A stretch of 64,000 nucleotides of DNA from an uncultured Acidobacteriota bacterium (GTDB taxonomy: Bacteria; Acidobacteriota; UBA6911), in assembly GCA_963809485.1 (NCBI GenBank), contig CAWEJX010000008.1, forward strand, positions 32,001-96,000. Direction: 5' to 3'. Position numbers and translations under genes: made by a program. Every line of letters begins with the position of its first letter. Positions within the stretch are counted from its first letter, which is position 1. A model generated the notes under the pieces. The model was not told the origin of the DNA, did not search any database, and saw only the letters and a program-made list of their open reading frames with translations. Shown in pieces: positions 29,356 to 38,971 of this stretch.

Positions 29356-30672
29356 ATGATCTCCAAAGGAACTGAAATTGCGCCTGCAACCGGAAAGCTG
29401 GGCGTCGTGCTTCCCGGGATGGGGGCCGTTAGCTCGACATTCATCGCGGGCGTGGAAGCGATAAAAAAAGGCCTTGCCAAACCCGTCGGCTCATTGACGC
29501 AGATGGGCACCATCCGCCTGGGAAAACGCACGGAAAACCGTGTTCCCAAAATCAAGGATTTCGTGCCTTTGGCTTCCCTGGATGACCTCGTCTTTGGAGG
29601 CTGGGACATTTTTTCCGACAACATCTATCAGGCGGGAGTCAAGGCAGGAGTGCTGGAGCGCAACCTGTTGGATCAAATCAGGCCGTCGCTGGAAAATATA
29701 AGCCCGTGGCCGGCCGTTTTTGACAAATCCTATGTGAGGCGGCTCGACGGGACACACGTCAAAAAGGGCGTCAACAAGATGGACCTGGCCGAACAGCTTC
29801 AGGCCGATATCAGGAATTTTCAAAAGCAGAACAACCTCAGCCGCACCGTCATGATCTGGTGCGGGAGCACGGAGGTATTTTTAAAGCCGGAGGCTGTCCA
29901 CCAATCGGTTGAGAGTTTCGAGCAGGGATTGGTCCATAACGATCCGGCCATCGCCCCCAGCATGATCTATGCTTATGCGGCCATTAAGGCGGGGATTGCC
30001 TACGCGAACGGAGCGCCCAACCTGTCGGCCGACATACCGGCGCTTGTCCGGCTGGCCAAGGACCGCAACATACCGATCGGCGGCAAGGACTTCAAGACAG
30101 GGCAGACGCTCATGAAGACTATCCTGGCCCCCGGGCTGAAATCCAGGCTTCTCGGCCTCAACGGATGGTTCTCCACCAATATACTCGGAAACCGGGACGG
30201 GGAGGTCCTGGACGATCCCGCCGCTTTCAAAACCAAAGAGGAGAGCAAGCTTTCGGTTCTAGAGCATATCCTGCAGCCCGAGGTTTACCCGGACCTTTAC
30301 TCCAACTACACCCACAAGGTCCGCATCAACTACTATCCGCCCCGGGGCGATAACAAAGAAGGCTGGGACAACATAGACATATTCGGCTGGCTGGGATACC
30401 CCATGCAGATCAAAGTCGATTTTCTCTGCAGGGATTCGATTCTGGCGGCTCCCCTGGTGCTGGATCTGGTCCTCTTCCTGGACCTCGCACAGCGCTGCAA
30501 GATGAGCGGCATTCAGGAATGGCTTTCGTTCTATTTCAAGAGCCCCATGTGCGCGCCCGAGCTTTATCCCGAACACGATCTGTTCATCCAGCTCATGAAG
30601 CTCAAGAACACTCTGCGGTACCTGCGGGGTGAAGATTTGATCACGCACCTGGGCCTGGAGTATTACGATTGA
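29356..30672 (+). CDS. ino1: Myo-inositol-1-phosphate synthase
   Basis: GWDI, YANGAP, GKDFKTGQT, NILGNRDG, DSILAAPLVLDL. Confidence 0.93.
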   Translation: MISKGTEIAPATGKLGVVLPGMGAVSSTFIAGVEAIKKGLAKPVGSLTQMGTIRLGKRTENRVPKIKDFVPLASLDDLVFGGWDIFSDNIYQAGVKAGVLERNLLDQIRPSLENISPWPAVFDKSYVRRLDGTHVKKGVNKMDLAEQLQADIRNFQKQNNLSRTVMIWCGSTEVFLKPEAVHQSVESFEQGLVHNDPAIAPSMIYAYAAIKAGIAYANGAPNLSADIPALVRLAKDRNIPIGGKDFKTGQTLMKTILAPGLKSRLLGLNGWFSTNILGNRDGEVLDDPAAFKTKEESKLSVLEHILQPEVYPDLYSNYTHKVRINYYPPRGDNKEGWDNIDIFGWLGYPMQIKVDFLCRDSILAAPLVLDLVLFLDLAQRCKMSGIQEWLSFYFKSPMCAPELYPEHDLFIQLMKLKNTLRYLRGEDLITHLGLEYYD

Positions 30673-30674
30673 TG

Positions 30675-30740
30675 ATTGACGCATTGGACGTTGGAACGTT
30701 GGAACGTTCACACGCTTAAACGTTCCAACGTTTCGTCAAT
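30675..30740. terminator. Hairpin built from octamer repeats between convergent ino1 and ppdK (possible bidirectional terminator)
   Basis: aacgttggaacgtt pairs with aacgttccaacgtt; outer attgacg/cgtcaat arms. Confidence 0.5.
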
Positions 30741-30744
30741 TTGA

Positions 30745-33519
30745 TCAGGCTGTGTGGGAAATGTTCTGAGCGGACCCCAGCGCCGCCTGCGCCGCAGCCA
30801 GCCGGGCGATAGGCACCCGGTAAGGCGAGCAGGAAACGTAGTTCATACCCACCCGGTGACAGAATTGCACGGAGGACGGCTCCCCTCCGTGTTCTCCGCA
30901 AATCCCGACTTTCAGGTCCGGCCTCGTTTTTCTGCCCCTCTCCGTGCCGAGCTGGACAAGCTGCCCGACTCCCGTCTGGTCCAGGATCTGGAATGGATCG
31001 TCGGCAAAAATGCGGTTTTCGATATAGAACGGCAGGAATTTTCCGGAATCGTCGCGTGAAATGCCGTAAGTGGTCTGCGTCAGATCATTAGTGCCGAAAG
31101 AGAAAAATTCCGCAACCTGAGCCACCTGGTCCGCGGTCAGGGCAGCCCGCGGCAGCTCAATCATGGTTCCGACCAGATAGTCGATCTTCTGTCCGGCCTT
31201 CCTAAAAACCTCATCCGCAACCCGGCGGACCACATCGGCCTGCAACTTGAGTTCGTTGACGTCGGCGACCAGAGGGATCATGACTTCGGGGATTACGCGA
31301 ATTCCTTTTTTCCGGACACTCACGGCAGCCTGGAAAATTGCGCGTGCCTGCATTTCCGTAATCTCCGGGAAAACGACACCCAGGCGGCATCCGCGGTGCC
31401 CCAGCATGGGATTGGCCTCGTGAAGGGACTGCACGCTATCCCAGAGGATGCGCGCGCTGACCTTCAGTTTTCGCGCCAGCTTCTGAGTTTCCTTTTCCGT
31501 ATGAGGCAGAAACTCGTGCAGAGGCGGGTCGAGCGTCCGGATCGTGACCGGCAGCCCGTTCATGGCACGGAAGATTCCCTCAAAATCCCTTCGCTGCAAT
31601 TTCAGGAGCCGATCCAGCCCGCCTTTGTAAAGCCGTTTGGGGACCTCGATTGTTTTTTTGAGGCGTTTGCGGGCCTCCTGGATTTCCTTGCGCTTTTTGG
31701 GCGAGCCGCCCCTGTTCAGTTCGGCTTCCAGGACATTCAGCTCCCGCTCCAGCTGCTTGTAGTCGAGCGACCCGAGAATCATCTCGCGCACGTAGTCGAT
31801 GCGGTCACCGGCAAAAAACATGTGCTCGGTCCGGCACAAACCGATGCCTTCCGCGCCAAACTTCCTTGCAACCGCCGCATCGGCGGGAGTATCGGCATTG
31901 GTACGCACCTTGAGCCTGCGCACTTCGTCGGCCCAATCCATCAACTGTCCGAAATCCTCTCCCAATTCGGGATCGATCAGCGGCGCCTGGCCGAGGATCA
32001 CATGGCCGCTGGTCCCATCCACGGTGATCCAGTCGCCGCGGCGTACGTGCGTTCCATTCACCACGAACTCGTTCCGGGCATAATCGATGGCCACCTCGCC
32101 GGCCCCCACGATGCAGGGCTTGCCCCAGCCGCGAGCCACGACCGCCGCGTGGCTGGTCGGCCCGCCCGTCGATGTCAGGAGGGCATGAGCCGCGTCCATG
32201 CCGCGTACATCCTCGGGGGATGTTTCGCGGCGAACAAGAACGACACGTTCCCCTTTTCCCTTCCATTGTTCAGCCTCTTTCGGCGTGAAGACTACCCGGC
32301 CCGCAGCAGCGCCCGGGCTGGCATTGATCCCTTTTGTCAAAATATTGACTTTGGCTTTAAGATCGACCATTTTGTGGAGGAGCTGGTCCAAATCCGCAGC
32401 AGGCACGCGCAAAATGGCCGTATGCCTGTCGATCAGCCCTTCCTTCGCCATTTCCACCGCGATGCGCACACCGGCCGGCCCGGTCCGTTTCCCGTTTCGG
32501 GTCTGCAGCATCCAGAGTTTGCCGCGTTCCACGGTAAATTCGAGATCCTGCATGTCGCGGTAGTGCCGCTCCAGTTTTTCCGCAACCTCCACAAACTGCC
32601 GGTAAATGGCCGGCATATCTTCCTTGAGTTCGCTGATGTGCTTCGGCGTTCGAATGCCGGCCACGACATCTTCACCCTGCGCGTTGGAAAGGTAATCTCC
32701 AAAAAGCTTCTTTTCGCCTGTGGCCGGATCCCGGGTGAAGGCCACTCCCGTTCCGGAATCCTCCCCCATGTTGCCGAAAACCATGGTGACGACGTTGACC
32801 GCGGTGCCCAAATCATCCGGAATTTTCTCGCGCCGGCGATAGGCCTTCGCGCGGTCCCCGTTCCACGAGCGGAAAACGGCTTTGATCGACTCTTCAAGCT
32901 GCTGGTAAGGGTCGGTTGGAAACTCGGCTCCCGTTTCGCGGCGCACGATTTTTTTAAATTGCGCGCAAACCTCCGCGAGGTGTTCGGCTTTGAGATCCGT
33001 GTCCATAGGGGCGCGCACGGTACGCTTGATTTTGCTCAAAGCCTGTTCAAACAATTCCCCGTCCACGCCCAGCACGATCTTGCTGAACATCTGTATTAGC
33101 CGTCGATAGGCATCCAGGGCAAACCTTTCATTTGCGGTCAGTCGGGCCAGGCCTTGAAGCGTCTCGTCATTGAGTCCCAGGTTCAGCACGGTATCCATCA
33201 TGCCCGGCATAGAAAACTTCGCTCCGGATCTGACGGAAACCAGGAGCGGGTTCATGGAATTGCCGAATTCCTTGCCGGTGGTGGATTCCACCTTCTTCAT
33301 CGCCGATAGGACCTGGTTCCACATCCCGTCGGGAAAGCGTTCTCCCGATCCATAGTAGGCATTGCAGGCCTGAGTGGTGATGGTGAAGCCGGGGGGTACG
33401 GGCAACCCGGCATGGGTCATCTCCGCCAAACCGGCACCCTTGCCTCCGAGCAGATCTTTCATTTCACCGTTTCCATCGGATTCGCCATTGGCAAAAAGAT
33501 AGACATATTTGATGGACAT
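30745..33519 (-). CDS. ppdK: Pyruvate, phosphate dikinase
   Basis: LLGGKGAGLAEM, VSVRSGA..SMPGMMDT, TSHAAVVAR (phospho-His), EANPMLGHRGCR, FSFGTNDLTQ, GICGEHGG. Confidence 0.97.
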   Translation of the reverse strand: MSIKYVYLFANGESDGNGEMKDLLGGKGAGLAEMTHAGLPVPPGFTITTQACNAYYGSGERFPDGMWNQVLSAMKKVESTTGKEFGNSMNPLLVSVRSGAKFSMPGMMDTVLNLGLNDETLQGLARLTANERFALDAYRRLIQMFSKIVLGVDGELFEQALSKIKRTVRAPMDTDLKAEHLAEVCAQFKKIVRRETGAEFPTDPYQQLEESIKAVFRSWNGDRAKAYRRREKIPDDLGTAVNVVTMVFGNMGEDSGTGVAFTRDPATGEKKLFGDYLSNAQGEDVVAGIRTPKHISELKEDMPAIYRQFVEVAEKLERHYRDMQDLEFTVERGKLWMLQTRNGKRTGPAGVRIAVEMAKEGLIDRHTAILRVPAADLDQLLHKMVDLKAKVNILTKGINASPGAAAGRVVFTPKEAEQWKGKGERVVLVRRETSPEDVRGMDAAHALLTSTGGPTSHAAVVARGWGKPCIVGAGEVAIDYARNEFVVNGTHVRRGDWITVDGTSGHVILGQAPLIDPELGEDFGQLMDWADEVRRLKVRTNADTPADAAVARKFGAEGIGLCRTEHMFFAGDRIDYVREMILGSLDYKQLERELNVLEAELNRGGSPKKRKEIQEARKRLKKTIEVPKRLYKGGLDRLLKLQRRDFEGIFRAMNGLPVTIRTLDPPLHEFLPHTEKETQKLARKLKVSARILWDSVQSLHEANPMLGHRGCRLGVVFPEITEMQARAIFQAAVSVRKKGIRVIPEVMIPLVADVNELKLQADVVRRVADEVFRKAGQKIDYLVGTMIELPRAALTADQVAQVAEFFSFGTNDLTQTTYGISRDDSGKFLPFYIENRIFADDPFQILDQTGVGQLVQLGTERGRKTRPDLKVGICGEHGGEPSSVQFCHRVGMNYVSCSPYRVPIARLAAAQAALGSAQNISHTA

Positions 33520-33620
33520 GTGTGATCCCTCGCAAAAGACGGTTTGAATCGGCAAAGACCGGATGAATTAGAACACTATATTTTACAGCAGAATGCGACG
33601 ATGCGCAAAATTCATGTGCC

Positions 33621-33752
33621 CGGTTGGAGGAGTCACGCTGGTTTTGCTCGCCGACCCTCGCCGAACAAATCGTTTGTCAGCGCTTTTGTCAGCGTATCTC
33701 AGCGTTTCAAAATACGGAGCCGTCAAACTCTATGAGTCCCCCGGCAGAGCCG
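33621..33752 (-). mobile_element. Family 1 element, copy E (truncated and internally deleted)
   Basis: cggttggaggagtcacgctgg...gctcgccgaccctcgccgaacaaatcg...gtcaaactctatgagtcccccggcagagccg. Confidence 0.7.
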
Positions 33753-34065
33753 ATGGATCGCCACAGGATAATATCTGACGATTTGAGGCTTGGATGAAAA
33801 TGCGGTTTTTGGGCTTTTCCCCAGCTTGAGGCCGCCGCCCCGGCAAGCCGGAACCAGCGGGTCTCAAGCTGAGTTTAGCTTCTCGAATAGCCTGATTTTC
33901 ATATCGGCAGCACCTATCTTCAGGCTGAGGATATTTTATATCGGAGGCAGGAAGGCCGAAATATGACAACAGAGGCACGGACGAACTCTAATCCAGCCCA
34001 AAAATCCGACGTACGTCAGCGCTTTGTCAGCGTGAATCAGCGTTGTATTTTTCCAGGCGTCGGGG

Positions 34066-35106
34066 CTAGCCGGGATTCTTCGAGCGGAGCTCGTTCTTGA
34101 GTTGCTCTATTTCCTTTTCCAGGTCGCGCACCCGGCGCAGCAACGCAGGCAGCTTCGGAAATGCGGCTGTGGCCCGCAGCCACGTGATGTTGTCGAATGC
34201 CGGAGAACCCGACATGACCGCTCCGGGCCGAATGTCGTGAGAGGTGCCGCTTTGAGCCGTAATAACGGCTTTGTCGCCAACCTCCAGGTGGCCTGCGAAG
34301 CCGGCTTGTCCGCCGACCCAGACTCCGCGGCCCAGACGCGTGGAGCCTGCGAGGCCGACTTGAGCCGCCAAAACCGAATCCTGGCCGACCTGCGCGCCGT
34401 GCCCGATTTGCACAAGGTTGTCCAGTTTGGCGCCGCGCCCTATGACCGTGTCGCCGACGGCGGCCCGGTCGATGGTTGTGTTGGCGCCGATTTCCACGTC
34501 ATCCTCTATCAACACCCGTCCGGTCTGGCAAATTTTGTAAAACGAACCGTCCCTGGTGGGCGCGAATCCGAAACCGTCGCTGCCAATGACGACACCGTTT
34601 TGGAGCACCACGCGATTCCCGATTTGGCAATTCTCCCGGACTATCACATGCGAGTGTAGCACGGACCCGTCGCCCACGAAAACGCCCGGGTACAGAACCA
34701 CATGCGGATAGATCACGACGTCCGCCCCGATTTTGCAGTCCCTGTCGATGACGGCATAGGCTCCGATGCAGGGATTCGGGCCGATCCGGGCGCCTTGCGC
34801 GATCACTGCCGACGGATGCACTCCTGCGTCCGGACGAAGGGGGACAAAGAAAATCTCGAGCGCACGCGCAAAGGCGAGATAGGGATCGTCTGTTCTCAGG
34901 CTGGGGATTTCGACCGGCGGAATATCGTTGCCCAGGATAATCGCGGAGGCGCGCGTATTCCTGATGTGGCTGATATATTTTCGATTGGAGACGAAAGTCA
35001 GGTCGCCCGGCCCGGCCTCATCGATTCCCGTAACGCGAACTATTTCCACATCCTCATCGCCGGTCCTGCGGCATTCTATTTTGCGTGCAATTTGAGAAAG
35101 CTTCAT
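34066..35106 (-). CDS. lpxD: UDP-3-O-acylglucosamine N-acyltransferase
   Basis: LpxD N-domain (GDLTFVSN..Y, DDPYLAFA), hexapeptide repeats, IGSDGFGF, KLDNLVQIGH. Start MKLSQIA. Confidence 0.95.
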   Translation of the reverse strand: MKLSQIARKIECRRTGDEDVEIVRVTGIDEAGPGDLTFVSNRKYISHIRNTRASAIILGNDIPPVEIPSLRTDDPYLAFARALEIFFVPLRPDAGVHPSAVIAQGARIGPNPCIGAYAVIDRDCKIGADVVIYPHVVLYPGVFVGDGSVLHSHVIVRENCQIGNRVVLQNGVVIGSDGFGFAPTRDGSFYKICQTGRVLIEDDVEIGANTTIDRAAVGDTVIGRGAKLDNLVQIGHGAQVGQDSVLAAQVGLAGSTRLGRGVWVGGQAGFAGHLEVGDKAVITAQSGTSHDIRPGAVMSGSPAFDNITWLRATAAFPKLPALLRRVRDLEKEIEQLKNELRSKNPG

Positions 35107-35353
35107 GGCGGGTGTGACCGGATCCTTTTCAGGGCAGCGGGTTTTTCGCTTCTCCTTCATGTACCAGGCAGCTGTTGCGTGAGCGATCGGGTACCCCGGG
35201 AACCGAAGCCGCGCAAGCCGTGGCGACTCAAAATGTTGTCGCAACACAACGGTATGGTAGTATTGTGCACCCGCATCCGTCAAGGAGAGGCAGCGTTGGA
35301 ATTTGCGAAGCGAACGAAATCATGCGCATGCTGAGCATGCCCGGAACAAGCCG

Positions 35354-36241
35354 ATGAATCGGGATTTGCTGGCGGAATTCGAAACCTTCCTGCGAGTGGA
35401 AAAAGGTCTTTCCCCCAACACGGTGAGCGCCTATTCACGGGACCTGCAGAAGCTGGCCGGGTTTTCCAGGGATTTGGGGTTGCCGCTCGATGGACTCGGG
35501 CAGGAAAATATTCTCGCGTGGGGCCGGGATCTGCTGCGCCGGGGGCTTTCTCCGCGGTCTTCCGGCCGGGCGCTGAATGCGGCACGCAGCTTCTACAGGT
35601 TTCTTGTAGGAGACCGGATCATCAAATCCGATCCGACCGAGCATCTCGAAATTCCGAGAACGCTGAAGCCGCTTCCCAGATTCCTCAATAAAGACGAGGT
35701 GGCGGACCTGCTGAACTCCCCGGATACGAATACTGCGCTGGGAAGCAGGGACCGCGCCATGCTGGAGATCCTTTACGCCTCCGGACTTCGCGTAACGGAG
35801 CTGGTCACGCTGGGGCTGGCGCAGGTGGACCTCAACCTGGGAATCCTGTCGTGCATGGGGAAGGGAAGCAAGCAGCGCGTGGTCCCGATCGGGGCTATGG
35901 CGCGCGACAGGGTAGCGGAGTATGTAAAAAAACATCGCGGCGAGTTACTTGGGAACAAAAAGTGCAATTACCTTTTCGTTACCCGGCGCGGGTCCTGCAT
36001 GAGCCGGCAGGCTTTCTGGAAAATCCTTCGGGTTTACGGACGGAAGGCTAATATCCGCAAGTCCCTGACCCCGCATATGCTGCGTCACAGCTTTGCCACC
36101 CACCTCCTGGAAAATGGCGCCGACCTTCGCTCGGTTCAGCTCATGCTCGGCCATTCGGACATTTCGACAACACAGATTTACACGCACATCACCCGTGAAC
36201 GACTCAAACAGGTCTACCGGAAATATCACCCCCGCGCGTAA
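35354..36241 (+). CDS. xerD: Tyrosine recombinase XerD
   Basis: [58 protein letters not shown]. Confidence 0.93.
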   Translation: MNRDLLAEFETFLRVEKGLSPNTVSAYSRDLQKLAGFSRDLGLPLDGLGQENILAWGRDLLRRGLSPRSSGRALNAARSFYRFLVGDRIIKSDPTEHLEIPRTLKPLPRFLNKDEVADLLNSPDTNTALGSRDRAMLEILYASGLRVTELVTLGLAQVDLNLGILSCMGKGSKQRVVPIGAMARDRVAEYVKKHRGELLGNKKCNYLFVTRRGSCMSRQAFWKILRVYGRKANIRKSLTPHMLRHSFATHLLENGADLRSVQLMLGHSDISTTQIYTHITRERLKQVYRKYHPRA

Positions 36242-36246
36242 TCGCG

Positions 36247-36485
36247 TAATGACGAATTAAGAATGACGAATGACGAATTGAAACATGCAGATGAGTCAGC
36301 GATGCATTGTTGGCATAGGGCTCAGCAGGTCGGCCGATATTTGCATCGCTTTCCCGTTAGGCTACAGGTTTTTGTGCACTCATTTTGGGCTGTCCATAAA
36401 CCAATCCGAGCCAGACTTCCAAATGTCGCTTATCGCGCATTTGTATGGGGAAATTCGTCATTCGTAATTCGTAATTCGTAATTTG
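36247..36485. repeat. Inverted arrays of heptamer repeats (gaatgac/gaattac) flanking about 165 bp
   Basis: taatgacgaattaagaatgacgaatgacgaatt ... aattcgtcattcgtaattcgtaattcgtaattt. Confidence 0.8.
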
Positions 36486-36486
36486 T

Positions 36487-38832
36487 TCAGGTGCGTATGT
36501 TCAGGAGCAGGACGAGGCCGGCGGCCCCGAACAGGAGATTGGGCGCCCATGCGGCCAGGACAGGGACGAGCAGACCATAGGCTCCCATGGCTTCGAATAC
36601 ACTGGAAATGCCCCAATAGGACATGGCGATGGCAATGCTGATCCCGATTCCGAAAAACGCCCCCTTTTTGCCGGTGGAGAAGGAAAAAGGCACCCCCAGC
36701 AATGCCATGATCAGGCAGCTTAGCGGCAGGGAAATTTTCTTATTCAGCTCCACCTGCAGTTCCGTCGCGTTGTAGCCGGACTTCCGGAGATAGCTGATGT
36801 AATTTTTGAGCTCCATATAGGTCAGTTTCGAGGATTCCTTGGGCTGAAAAATCTCTTTCTCGAAATACCCCGCCTTCTCGGGAAAACTGAAGGTTTCCGA
36901 GTTTATCAACCTGAAGTCCGATTGCGCGGGCTGATAGTTGCGGATCCATCCGTCCTCGAGAGTCCACGCACCATCTCGCTCGATCCGGGCTCGAGCGGCG
37001 TGAACGCGCCGCAGGATGCGGACGGAGTTCAAATCCACATCGTAAACGTTCAGATCGACGAATGAATCCTGGTTGCCGTCAAAATACTCGTAATTGTATA
37101 TGCGCCCGGATTCCCCGAAAATCCATTTTCGCTGAAGGCGCGTGGTGGTCTGGGGCGGGCGGCCCTTTATCGTGTTGCGCAGGCTGTCCTGGCGCACATT
37201 CGCATAGGGCAGAACATAGTCCTGCATCAAAAACAGGCCGATGCAGAAGGCGCACCCCATGAGCAACACCGGTATGGAGATCCGGTGAAGGCTCCAGCCG
37301 CCGGCTTTGATTGCCGTGATCTCGGAATTTTTCTCCAGGATGCCAAAATTGATCAGGATTGCCAGCAGGATCGACATGGGGATGACGAGCATGAAGATCT
37401 GGGGGGTCAGGAAGGTGAAGTAATCCAGCACAACGATGACGGGTATCCGGTTTCGGATTATGTCGTCGAGCAGGTCAAACAGGGTGAGCAAAACAAACAG
37501 AGTGCCGCAAGTGATAAAGGACCAGAAAAAGTAAACCAGAAATCCGCGCGATATATAAAGATCGAACACCTTGGGAAACAGGAGCCGCTCCAGCCTGTTG
37601 GTTGAGCGAACAAGGGCTTTGTCGGCTTTAGCGATCGGGCGCAATGCTTTTTCAAGCTTTATCCTCCGCGTGAGAGCGTTGTATCGGATATTCCGCATAA
37701 GAGCCGATAGACGGGGGCTCAGCCTGAAACTCCACTCCAATCTGGCCAGGAGAAAAATCCCGGCTGCTGCCAGCAGGATATTTGCGCCCCAGGCACCAAT
37801 CCATGGACTGACCTTTCCTACCGAGGCCAGTCGTATCCCGTTAAAAAACAAAATGTAAAAAACCAGAACCGTAACCAGGCTCAGCGCAAAACCTGCCGTA
37901 CGCCCGCCTTTGGGAGTCCCGGAGCCCAGGGTCAATCCCAGAAGAGCAAATGGAATTATTGTTAAGGGAAGAGCGAATCGACGATTTATTTCAACTAGTT
38001 GCTGAAGTTTTTCGGCTTTCTCGGACTTTGCATAGTTTTGCAGCAGATAACCGGTGCTTTGTTCTACGACTTTCCTGGGTCGTTGTTTAAGTTCATCGGG
38101 GGAATCGAAAACCTTGTTAAGCCTTATTGGTATATCTGTTGAAATAAATAGACTTACAGTATCTTTGCTCGGATCCGAAGGGTCCACGGAGTAGCTCGCT
38201 CCTTGTTCCAGGTGGAGCTGCAGCCGCTGGTTGGCCGGATCCGATAGCCACGTTCCTGAGCGCGCCAGAACGGTGCGCGGAGCCTTGGGATCGGAATTAT
38301 CCGCCAGGAAGATACGGGCCCAGTTCTGTCGGTCCACTGCCAGATCATCGAGGTAGAAGACGATATTGGGAAAATCTTCGTTGAAAACCCGCGGCCGTAT
38401 TTGGGAAGTAGCCTGAGTGAGGCTTATGCGGGCTTTTATAAGGGCCAGAATGTCGTTGGTGCGCGGGAGAATGGCAGTCGAGAACAAAGCCGTGATCAGG
38501 CCCACGAGGCTGCCCAGCAGCAGGATGAAGCGCAGAAGTGTTCTCAGGGGAACTCCGCAGGCACGCAAGGCGGTGATTTGACTTTCTCCCGAAAGACCGC
38601 TCAGGCCGATCAATATTCCGATCAGGTAGGAAAGCGGCAGGGAAAAAATGAGGATGCCTGGAAGTATGGCGCCGGCTATCAGAAGAATAGTGCTGAGCGA
38701 CGCATTTCGGGTAATGAGAAGTTCGGAGAGGTTGCCCAGGTCATGAATGAAGACAACAAAAGTCAAAACAGCCAGGGTGATCAGGAACGGGGGCATAGTT
38801 GCGTGGTACAGCATTTTATCGATCTTGCGCAT
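36487..38832 (-). CDS. Fused LptF/LptG LPS export permease
   Basis: Two tandem YjgP/YjgQ domains (SEITA-like motifs ESQITALRACG and NSEITAIKAGG; W.ANI and AAWAPN). Confidence 0.9.
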   Translation of the reverse strand: MRKIDKMLYHATMPPFLITLAVLTFVVFIHDLGNLSELLITRNASLSTILLIAGAILPGILIFSLPLSYLIGILIGLSGLSGESQITALRACGVPLRTLLRFILLLGSLVGLITALFSTAILPRTNDILALIKARISLTQATSQIRPRVFNEDFPNIVFYLDDLAVDRQNWARIFLADNSDPKAPRTVLARSGTWLSDPANQRLQLHLEQGASYSVDPSDPSKDTVSLFISTDIPIRLNKVFDSPDELKQRPRKVVEQSTGYLLQNYAKSEKAEKLQQLVEINRRFALPLTIIPFALLGLTLGSGTPKGGRTAGFALSLVTVLVFYILFFNGIRLASVGKVSPWIGAWGANILLAAAGIFLLARLEWSFRLSPRLSALMRNIRYNALTRRIKLEKALRPIAKADKALVRSTNRLERLLFPKVFDLYISRGFLVYFFWSFITCGTLFVLLTLFDLLDDIIRNRIPVIVVLDYFTFLTPQIFMLVIPMSILLAILINFGILEKNSEITAIKAGGWSLHRISIPVLLMGCAFCIGLFLMQDYVLPYANVRQDSLRNTIKGRPPQTTTRLQRKWIFGESGRIYNYEYFDGNQDSFVDLNVYDVDLNSVRILRRVHAARARIERDGAWTLEDGWIRNYQPAQSDFRLINSETFSFPEKAGYFEKEIFQPKESSKLTYMELKNYISYLRKSGYNATELQVELNKKISLPLSCLIMALLGVPFSFSTGKKGAFFGIGISIAIAMSYWGISSVFEAMGAYGLLVPVLAAWAPNLLFGAAGLVLLLNIRT

Positions 38833-38943
38833 GACAGCCAAAGATTAGCACATGCAGGCGTGATATTATACAAGCTCATGCAAACAAAGGTGTTTTTGGC
38901 CAAGCGGAGGGACATTTTCACCCCTGCGGGCTCCATATATTCA

Positions 38944-38971
38944 ACTTCTGATAAGATATCTTATGTAAACT
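38944..38971 (+). other. dif site (XerC/XerD recombination site)
   Basis: ACTTCTGATAA-GATATC-TTATGTAAACT has 11-6-11 architecture; the right arm equals the B. subtilis dif XerD arm as I recall it. Intergenic and AT-rich. Confidence 0.85.

Noticed and set aside
31396-33099. Long antisense ORFs (567 aa over ppdK; also 58485-59705 over mutS, 41711-42649, 52747-53709)
   Set aside because: These are shadow frames of GC-rich, codon-biased genes with no recognisable motifs.
35354-36241. Phage or island integrase
   Set aside because: The length, motifs and C-terminal YHPRA are typical of chromosomal XerD, and no mobile genes are adjacent.
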